This document shows positions 52,064 to 60,039 of a DNA stretch of 64,000 nt, piece after piece. Source of the stretch: Candidatus Bathyarchaeota archaeon (GTDB lineage Archaea; Thermoproteota; Bathyarchaeia; 40CM-2-53-6); NCBI GenBank assembly GCA_963783645.1, contig CAWAOH010000016.1, forward strand, positions 11,782 to 75,781. The letters run 5' to 3'. Position 1 is the stretch's first letter. Each line of letters opens with the position of its first letter. Both the position numbers and the translations under genes were made by a program. A model generated the notes under the pieces. The model was not told the DNA's origin. It did not search any database and saw only the letters and a program-made list of their open reading frames with translations.

Positions 52064-52462
52064 TTGTCGTCTGAGCTGAAAGTAGGACTGATCGGTGAGG
52101 TTAGTCAAAAAGTCACCGAAGAAGATACAGCTGCACGGTGGGGAAGCGGGCTCGTTGATGCTTATTCTACCCCGGCGTTGATAGCGCTAACGGAGAAAGC
52201 AAGCGTTAGAGCCATTGAGAAATTCTTGAGCGTCAACCAAGCAAGTGTTGGGGTTGAGGTCAATGTGAAACACCTTGCGGCGACGCCCATAGGCATGGTT
52301 GTGAAGGCTAGGGCAGAACTCGTAGAAATAGATGAAAGGCGGCTGAAGTTCAGGATTGAGGCCTGGGACGAGAAGGAAAAAGTCTGCGAGGGGGCGCATT
52401 TTCGAGCCATCGTTGATAGATCTCGTTTTGTCAATAGGTTGATGCAAAAGGTAGAAGGGTGA
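52064..52462 (+). CDS. Hotdog-fold thioesterase (FlK-like family)
   Basis: 132 aa. WGSGLVDAYSTPALIALTEKA...VGVEVNVKHLAATPIG...RLKFRIEAWDE. Confidence 0.65.
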   Translation: MSSELKVGLIGEVSQKVTEEDTAARWGSGLVDAYSTPALIALTEKASVRAIEKFLSVNQASVGVEVNVKHLAATPIGMVVKARAELVEIDERRLKFRIEAWDEKEKVCEGAHFRAIVDRSRFVNRLMQKVEG

Positions 52463-52496
52463 CCAGAGAGACGTTAGCGTGCCACGTTTGTCGCTT

Positions 52497-52571
52497 CGGA
52501 ACGTTTCGAAACGTTCCGCGTTCCGAAACTGAGTAACATCTTGCTGTTTCGAAACGCGTTTCGATACTCAG
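52497..52571. repeat. Array of TTCGAA-centred palindromes (4 copies of GTTTCGAAAC-like decamer)
   Basis: A 22-bp perfect palindrome at 52497..52518 and a 16-bp perfect palindrome at 52549..52564. Decamers at 52503, 52520, 52546 and 52558. Outer inverted repeat CTGAGTA/TACTCAG at 52529..52535 and 52565..52571. Confidence 0.8.
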
Positions 52572-52621
52572 CTAACGTTGGTAGGCAGGGTAGTCCCACA
52601 TGTAGGAGTATTGGTCAGAGT

Positions 52622-52783
52622 TGGTGCGGCCGCCGGGATTCGGACCCGGGTGACCTCGTTGTTAAGGCAACATTGAGGCTTGGGAAGCCCCCGTCATAGA
52701 CCAGGTTGTCCTTCCAGAAGGAAACTGGACCACGGCCTAATGGAGGATCTCTCTCGCACTCGGATGCCAGCCTTTTCGACCGC
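52622..52783 (-). tRNA. tRNA-Gly(CCC)-like gene with multiple extra sequence blocks (candidate multi-intron tRNA, or a decaying tRNA)
   Basis: T arm CCGGG-TCCGAAT-CCCGG, 3' acceptor CGGCCGC-A-CCA, anticodon arm GGGGC-TTCCCAA-GCCTC, and D arm TG-GTCC..GGAC. Anomalies: 162 nt long, C at position 55, and the 5' acceptor next to the D arm reads TAGGCCG, while GCGGTCG lies 44 nt upstream. Confidence 0.5.
52652..52672 (-). other. Candidate 21-nt BHB intron at tRNA position 45/46
   Basis: CCUC:GAGG 4-bp helix flanked by 3-nt bulges AAU and UCA, with internal hairpin GUUG-CCUUAA-CAAC. Excision leaves a 4-nt variable loop AAAC. Confidence 0.45.
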
Positions 52784-52804
52784 AATGAGAATTCCTCGAG
52801 CTTA

Positions 52805-52812
52805 GGATAAAA
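52805..52812 (-). promoter_or_regulatory. TATA-like box TTTTATCC about 26 nt upstream of GCGGTCG (52783)
   Basis: Reverse complement of GGATAAAA. The spacing fits an archaeal TATA-to-start distance. Confidence 0.35.
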
Positions 52813-52929
52813 GCGTCGCGACGGTTCGCGCAAGCAACGCCTAAGACTGTTAAGTGTCCGGCTTCGCTTGGCGGAGGAAATTAGACCAAAAAAGTTGCCC
52901 TCAAGAAAAGGGGGCATGAATGGTTATGG

Positions 52930-55143
52930 TTAGTCTACGAAGTCCTGTGGAGTCGGCGGCTCGGGTGCTAGGCCCTTACGTTTGCGGATATCAGTGATTA
53001 CTTGAGTTACTAGTGACTGCGGAACTGGTGCCCAACGTGCAAATTCTAGTCCCCAAAATGCTCTACCCTGAGATTGGCTTCGCATCACTTCTGACAGGTC
53101 GAATGTTTCAGCAGTAGGTAATTCTCCGACTACATATACAAGGTGCCCTCGTTGATCAACCGAGACTATTTTACCCCGCTTTTGGGAGATCACACTTGTG
53201 GCTGCTCCCAGAAGGTCCGGTGGCACCTTAACGGTAATTCTTTGAATCGGCTCTAGGAGTACTGGGTTGGCGCTTAGGAATGCGATGAAGAACGCTCGGC
53301 GACTCATGGGCATAATCTGAGCTGGCCCACGGTGGACAGGATCTTCGTGCAATGATACGTCAGTCAGCGTGACTTTGATGCCACGAATTTGTTCGTATGC
53401 CAGCGGGCCCTCTTTCAGTCCCCACCTGTATCCGCCTAAGATCATTTCCTTGACTTCCTGCAGGTATTGAGCGCCTTTTGTGACCTCTACCAGCATGTTG
53501 CTCCCTTCATCAACACTCCAGACGCCACGTGCCTGGTCCGGCGGCCAGCCTTCATCTCGAAGGATTTTGGCCAGTTCATGTCGATCTTGGTATTCGCCGA
53601 TCTTTCCTTCCTTTATCATATCTACGATCTTGTCCGGAAGCGGCTCAACGGATAGGTAGACCTTGTTATGTTTGTTAGGCGACTTTCCTTCAACCGGTCC
53701 AGCTGATCCCTTAACGCTTTCCCGATAGATGACAATGGGGGTTGTTGTTGCAATCTCGAGACCGGTCTTCGTGATCAATGTTATAGCAATTTCTAAGTGG
53801 AGTGTTCCCATCCCTGCGATCAAATATTCGCCGGTTTCCTCGTTGATCTTAGTTACGAGGTTCGGATCTTCAAGGGTTAATCTTCGAAGAAGTTCAACTA
53901 GCTTCGGTAGATCCCTGCTATACTTCGGCTCTACAGCGATCGTAACGACTGGTTCAGTAACGTAGTGAACCGACTCGAAAGGAGCGATATCCTTCACCGT
54001 TGACAATGTTTCTCCCGATTTGGCAGCATCCAGTCCTAAAAGTGCGGGAATGTTTCCAGCGTTGATAGTCCCAATTATCTCTCTGTACGGCCCCATGAAG
54101 ATGCAGACTTGTTGCACACGTTGGTCAACGCGAGCTCCGAGAAGATGGAATGTTGAACCTTCTTTGATAGTTCCAGAGAATAATCGACCGACCGCTACTA
54201 CTCCGGCCTGTGGGTCAACGACAATGTTCGTGATCGCCATGACCACTGGACCCTCATCATCGCAGTTCATCATGGCCTTGCCAACCTCACTTTCGATGTC
54301 CCCCTTCCAGATCTTCGGAATACGATACCTCTGTGCCACGTGTGGAGGAGGCATCGCTTCAACTGACATGTTCAGTATCGCTTCGTGCAGTGGTGCACGT
54401 TCGCGAAGTTGTGCGACCGTATCTTGTGTGTAAGCGTCAACAACATCCTGGAATTTCACACCCTTCTCCTTTGCTACTTCAGCGTTGAATCCCCATCGAT
54501 CTTTGGCTGAACCCATGGCAACCGTGTTGCCCGCGAAACTAACTTTCCACTTCTCGCGGTATTCAGGCTCCGCATACAATTCAATCAGTCTATTGAATTC
54601 GGTAATAATTCGACTGATTCTTTCCTGAATTTGCTCCGGATTCAATCGGAGTTCTTTGATCAGTCTATCAATCTTGTTGATGTAAAGAACAGGTCTCACT
54701 CTCTCCTCAAGCGCCTGTCTAGTGACCGTTTCAGTCTGAACCATTATCTCTTCGACCGAGTCGACGACAACGACAGCACCGTCAATGGCACGCAGAGAGC
54801 GTGTCACCCTACCGGAGAAGTCAACGTGACCAGGAGTATCGATCAGATTGATGACGTATGGAATTCCATTTCTTTCATGAAGCAAACTAACGTTCGCTGC
54901 TTTGATCGTCATCTGACGTTTCTGTTCTTCCTCCATAAAATCCAGCGCTAGCGCTGTTCCAGCCATTCCAGGAGACAGGAGACCAGCTGCGGCAAGGAGT
55001 GAATCGCTCATCGTCGTCTTTCCGTGATCGACGTGGGCGATGATTCCCATATTTTCCGGACGTAGGTCTACCTACGGCTTACGGATTTGCTCCTTGTTCG
55101 TGATGATCTTCTGTATTTCAGTTGTGCTCTTGTAGCGGGGCAT
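52930..55143 (-). CDS. fusA: Translation elongation factor aEF-2, interrupted by a 27-nt insert carrying an in-frame TAG
   Basis: Track ORF 52930..55050 starts MGIIAHVDHGKTT and lacks the N-terminus. Upstream in the same frame, ATG 55143 encodes MPRYKSTTEIQKIITNKEQIR, then KP-TAG-VDLRPE. Also DTPGHVDF and the diphthamide-site HRGPAQ. Confidence 0.9.
55053..55079 (-). other. Candidate 27-nt bulge-helix-bulge intron inside aEF-2
   Basis: See the first finding. Central helix UCCG:CGGA, bulges UAA and AAA, and an internal hairpin. Excision gives ...EQIRNMGIIAHVDHGKTT. Confidence 0.55.
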
Positions 55144-55312
55144 TTGTACTCAACTTTCTGTGAAATTGTGATGGCAACATGACTAAATGTCATTAAAGCA
55201 TTGCTGTTGAAGACCTCACCACAACAAGGATGCAAACAAAGGGGAAAAAGAGGACTGCCTGAGAAAGTTAGCAACCGATTTCGATCGGATCCACATTCGA
55301 GCTGAGCCAACG

Positions 55313-56341
55313 TTGGGCTTCAACCTTACGCCCATAGTGGTCAAGCAACGTCTTACGCTGAACGAGCTTTGGGGGAGAGTTCTTGCTGTAGATGCAAACA
55401 ACATGCTTTACCAATTTCTGGCTCTAATCCGGATGCGTGATGGTAAGCCATTTACCGACTCCGCAGGGCACGTCACGTCACATTTGATAGGTCTTGTTCT
55501 CAGGACAACTCGCCTGATCGCTGAATTTGATATTCGCCCTGTGTTCGTGTTTGACGGAAAGCCTCCGGCACAGAAAATGCGAACTCTTGAGAAACGGCAT
55601 TTCGCTCGCGACAAGGCTAGGAGGGATTGGGAGCTCGCTGTAGGCCGGGGTGACTATGCCACTGCAATGTCAAAGGCTGTACGCATGGATTCCTTGACGC
55701 ATGAGATGAAGGAAGATGCAAAGCGAGCACTGTCACTACTTGGTATACCTACGATCCAAGCTCCTCAAGAAGGCGAAGCTCAAGCCGCTCACATGGCTAG
55801 ACGCGGAGACGTCTGGGCTGTCAACAGTCGCGACTATGACTCTGTATTATTCGGTTCTCCCCGCATGATTCGCTATTTGACAATATCAGGCCAAGAGTAT
55901 CTTCCAAGCAAGGGCGTGTCCCGGCCTCTCATCCCCGAGCTCATTGATCTTCAGAAAATGCTAGCGGCGTTGCATATCACGCTGGAACAGTTAGTTGACT
56001 TGGCAATACTCGTTGGAACGGATTTCAACGAGGGCGTTCGAGGGGTCGGACCGAAAACCGCATTGAAACTGATCAAGAAACACCACACGCTGGAGAATTT
56101 TCCGACGGAAATTATAGAGAAGCTCCCGCAGGACTTGGAAGGACTACGTGACTTGTTTCTTCATCCAGAGGTAACGAATGAGTACGATCTGCGTTTTTCG
56201 GCGACTGATGAAGAAGGACTTGTTCAGTTCTTATGTAGGAAAAGAGGTTTCGCAGCTGATAAGTTAGATCTTGCGATTCAGCGAATGCGACTCTTCAGGG
56301 CTCGAAGTTCGAAACTGAGTTCGTGGTTTGATTCGAAATGA
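55313..56341 (+). CDS. fen: Flap endonuclease FEN1
   Basis: 342 aa, TTG start. MGFNLTPIV..., AVDANNMLYQFL, QAPQEGEAQAAHM, VGTDFNEGVRGVGPKTALKL. Confidence 0.9.
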   Translation: MGFNLTPIVVKQRLTLNELWGRVLAVDANNMLYQFLALIRMRDGKPFTDSAGHVTSHLIGLVLRTTRLIAEFDIRPVFVFDGKPPAQKMRTLEKRHFARDKARRDWELAVGRGDYATAMSKAVRMDSLTHEMKEDAKRALSLLGIPTIQAPQEGEAQAAHMARRGDVWAVNSRDYDSVLFGSPRMIRYLTISGQEYLPSKGVSRPLIPELIDLQKMLAALHITLEQLVDLAILVGTDFNEGVRGVGPKTALKLIKKHHTLENFPTEIIEKLPQDLEGLRDLFLHPEVTNEYDLRFSATDEEGLVQFLCRKRGFAADKLDLAIQRMRLFRARSSKLSSWFDSK

Positions 56342-57961
56342 CCAACGTGCCTCAAACTCCTTTTTCAGATTTTGTTAACATATGCAGGCAGATTGAATCG
56401 ACTACGAAGAGGAACCAAAAGGTCGCAGTCTTAGCTAGCTTCCTAAAGTCGCTACACCCTGCTGAGATAATCCCGGCGGCCACCTTTTTCTCGGGACACG
56501 CCTTTCCAGAATCCGACGAACGTGTACTAGATGTTGGCGGTCGAACCATCTGGAAGATGGACAGGAAAACCAACCAATCAACCTTGGTCGTCCAACCTGT
56601 AGCTCTGTTGGACGTGTACGAAACCTTCGGCCGGATTGCCGAAGCTTCTGGTTCTGGTTCCCGTCAGAGAAAAGAGGCGCTTCTGGAGACACTGCTAGGT
56701 CGTCTGGGCGCTTCGGATGCCGAATACCTGATGAGAATTATCTTCGGTGAAATGCGCATCGGAGCCGTAGAAGGCGTAGTGCTTGAGGCGATTGCTCTTG
56801 GGAGTAACCTTCAGCTGGATGATGTGAGGCGAGCGTACATGCTCCTAGGCGATCTCGGGCGTGTTGCAAAACTCTGCCTGACCGAAGGATTCACTGGAGT
56901 GCAAGCAGTTGGTGTACAACTCTTCGTTCCAATAAGACCAATGCTTGCCGAGATGGCGCAGGATATAGAGGAGGTACTCAGAGAGCACGGAGGAATCACT
57001 GCCCTCGAATACAAATACGACGGGGCAAGAATTCAAATTCACGGAAAAGACGAAATCATCCGAATCTTCAGTCGTAGACTGACTGAAGTAACGGACAGCC
57101 TTCCAGATATCGTGAGGTTGGTTAGGGATGGAATCTTGCCCGGAACAAGACAGTTCCTCGTGGAAGGAGAAGTTGTGGCTGTGGCACTAGATGGTAGACC
57201 ATATCCGTTCCAGGAGTTGATGAGACGCTTCAGGCGCGTCCACGATAGTTCAATCAATGTCAGCGCAAATCCCACTCAGACTTCACCTCTTCGATATCAT
57301 CTATCTCAACGGTAAGATGCTGATAGACGCGTCCAACGATGACCGTTGGACAACCCTGCGAACTCTTGTTGGGCCCGAGTTGCTGGCAACTAGAATAGTG
57401 ACTTCCAAAGTGGAGGATGCGAAGGTACTGATGGAGCAGGCAATTCGTTCTGGCCATGAAGGAATAATGGCAAAGGATTTGAAAAGCAATTATACGCCTG
57501 GCGTACGCGGAAAGAAATGGTTCAAGATCAAGCCAGTCGAAACACTTGACGTCGCGATCATAGCTGCAGACTGGGGCTCCGGCAGAAGAAAGGGATGGTT
57601 GAGCAACTACCATCTTGCAGTCCGAGATGACCAAACGGGAGAATATCGGGTAGTTGGGAAGACTTTCAAAGGTCTTACAGACGATGAATTTGCAACGGTC
57701 ACTGAGAAGCTTTTGGAATTAAAGACGCGGGAAACTGAATACACCGTGTATGTTAAGCCGTCAATCGTTGTGGAAGTCGCATTCAACGAAATACAGAGGA
57801 GCCCGCACTACGTGTCCAAGTTCGCTCTACGATTCGCCCGTATTACCAGATTCCGAGATGACAAACGTCCAGAAGATGCAGATACTCTGAACAGATTGGA
57901 GACTCTTTATGAAAATCAGTTCAAGTTCAAGGCAAAGACCAACTTCGGTGTCGACTCATGA
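56338..57961 (+). CDS. lig: ATP-dependent DNA ligase, frameshifted as assembled (+1 near 57265)
   Basis: EYKYDGARIQIH (KxDG), LVEGEVVA, then FQELMRRFRRVHD / SAQIPLRLHLFDIIYLNG in overlapping ORFs 56338..57315 and 57257..57961. Confidence 0.9.
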
Positions 57962-58638
57962 AAGTTGCTTCCCTATTCAGTGGTGGCAAGGACAGTGCTT
58001 TTGCACTCTGGTGTGCCCAAATGCAGGGCTGGGATGTAGTAACACTCGTCACCGTTATTTCAGAGTCCAGCGAATCCTGGATGTTTCACTACCCCGCTAC
58101 TGAATGGACTACGTTGCAGTCTGAAGCGATGCGCATTCCGAGAACCGTGATCAGAACCAAGGGAGTGAAGGAAGAGGAGCTAAGCGACCTCGTAGCGGGT
58201 CTGCGCGGTCTGATCAAAACTACTGGAATCGAGGGAATCGTGTCGGGAGCTGTCGCCAGCGAATATCAGAGAACCCGATTGGATAATGTGTGCGAGGAAC
58301 TCGGTATGAGAAGCTTCGCCCCCTTATGGCACAAGAATCAGCAACAACTTGTACGGGAGCAAATCGAATCCGGATTCGAGATTATAATCACCGCCTGCAA
58401 TGCTCTGGGACTGACGAGATCCTGGTTAGGACGGAGACTGGACATAGTGAACTTCCAGGAACTCGTACAGCTCAGTCAGAAGTACGGCTTGAGCGTTGCA
58501 TTCGAGGGGGGTGAGGCTGAAACGTTTGTTCTGGGAGCTCCTATGTTCAATGGAAGAATTCAGGTAGCACGCTCGGTCCCTCATTGGAGAAATGAATCGG
58601 GTTACTTGGAACTTGAGGAACTGAGTCTGATCCAGTAA
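57958..58638 (+). CDS. dph6: Diphthine-ammonia ligase (Dph6 / MJ0570-like PP-loop ATPase)
   Basis: MKVASLFSGGKDS PP-loop; 226 aa of the alpha-hydrolase type. Confidence 0.7.
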   Translation: MKVASLFSGGKDSAFALWCAQMQGWDVVTLVTVISESSESWMFHYPATEWTTLQSEAMRIPRTVIRTKGVKEEELSDLVAGLRGLIKTTGIEGIVSGAVASEYQRTRLDNVCEELGMRSFAPLWHKNQQQLVREQIESGFEIIITACNALGLTRSWLGRRLDIVNFQELVQLSQKYGLSVAFEGGEAETFVLGAPMFNGRIQVARSVPHWRNESGYLELEELSLIQ

Positions 58639-58642
58639 TCTA

Positions 58643-59949
58643 TTACTTTACCAGTTTCGTTGCTAGCTCTTGAGTTTTCGCACATACTGCTGCCAAATCA
58701 AGTGACTTGATGATTCTGTTTTGCATTAATACCCGCCCGTCAACTATGGTTGCATCAACGTTCCCCGACGACGCTGAATAAACCAGATCGGAGACTACTG
58801 TTTCTCGACTGTGAAGCGGTCTCAGGTTGGGAGCATTCCCATCCAGCAGGATAAGGTCCGCTCTCTTGCCTAATTCTATGCTTCCAACCTCTCGATCTAC
58901 CCCAAGCGCTCTTGCTCCTTCAATCGTAGCTAAGTCAAGAGTTTTCTGAGCGTGGAGAACCGTGGGATCCCAGCGATGTGCCTTGTGAATTAAGGCACAC
59001 ACTTTCATGGTCTCGAACATATCGAGACTGTTGTTGCTTGCTGCTCCATCCGTTCCCAATCCTACTGGAATTCCCGCCTCGAACATTTCCGGCAAAGGAG
59101 CTACGCCACCGCTCGCGAGTTTCATGTTAGAAACAGGGCAATGAGCAACCTTTACCCCAGATTTTGCTAAGAGCTTCACTTCGGTCTTCGTCAGCCATAC
59201 GCAATGGGCAGCCAGCATATTCTTAGAGAGAGCCCCAATCTTATCCAGATATTCTACAACACGCATCCCGTGTTGCTTTTGAGAGTCGGATTGTTCGCAA
59301 CAGCGTTTCGGCGATGTGAATGTGAATTAGCGTATTGTTCTTTTCGGCAAACTCCTTTGTCCATTGAAGCATTTCGGCTGAACAAGTGTAAGGCGCGTGG
59401 GGCCCTAAGACGAATCTGATTCTTGGGTTTCCTAATTGTCTGAGGTAATCATAGAATTTCTGAACGTTAGCGCGCTCCATACGTGATTTTGCCGCGTCAA
59501 AGAGGTCGATTGTACCGTAGGCTAAGAATCCGCGCAAGCCTGATTCAGCGACGGCTTTTGCAACACTCTCCATGTGAAAGTACATGTCGACGAAGCTTGT
59601 GGTTCCTGATCTGATCATCTCGGCCGCTCCTAAGAGGGCGCCGAAGTAGCAGTCCTCGTCACTAAGTTTCGCTTCAAGGGGCCAGATCTTCTTCTGGAGC
59701 CAATCCTGAAGTTGCATGTCATCAGCGTATCCACGAAAGACTGTCATCGAGAGATGGGTGTGCGCGTTTTATGAGTCCGGGCAGAGCGATCTTGCCCGAC
59801 CCGTCAATCTCATTATCGGCGGAGCTCGTTATACGACCCACTTGCCGAATTACCCCATCATCAACAAGGATCGAAGCATTGCGCAGAACTTCTCGGCTGT
59901 CGTTCTGAGTTACGAGCCACTCACAATTCTTGATAAGTAAGGAAGGCAA
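58643..59949 (-). pseudogene. mtaD: MtaD-like amidohydrolase (5-methylthioadenosine / S-adenosylhomocysteine deaminase family), 2 frame interruptions
   Basis: Pieces 59722..59949, 59241..59747 and 58643..59266. Removing one A from the A4 run (T4 on the + strand, 59767..59770) gives ALPGLINAHTHLSMTVFRGYADD. The second shift falls between HIAET and MRVVEYLDKIG (about 59290). Confidence 0.8.
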
Positions 59950-60039
59950 AACTTGATCGTATGATGCATGTTCGAGTGACGTTAAAAGTCAAGCGATTCG
60001 TCCCTGATCATAATTGTTTAATCCACACACAACATTCGA

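Noticed and set aside
52615-52917. 100-aa minus-strand ORF in the track
   Set aside because: It overlies the tRNA-like gene and its promoter region, and its composition is Arg/Ser/Pro-rich with no motifs. It is spurious.
52622-52930. An integrated element or integrase next to the tRNA-like gene
   Set aside because: The flanks are aEF-2 and a thioesterase. There is no integrase, no att-like duplication of the tRNA 3' end, and no compositional break that I could see.
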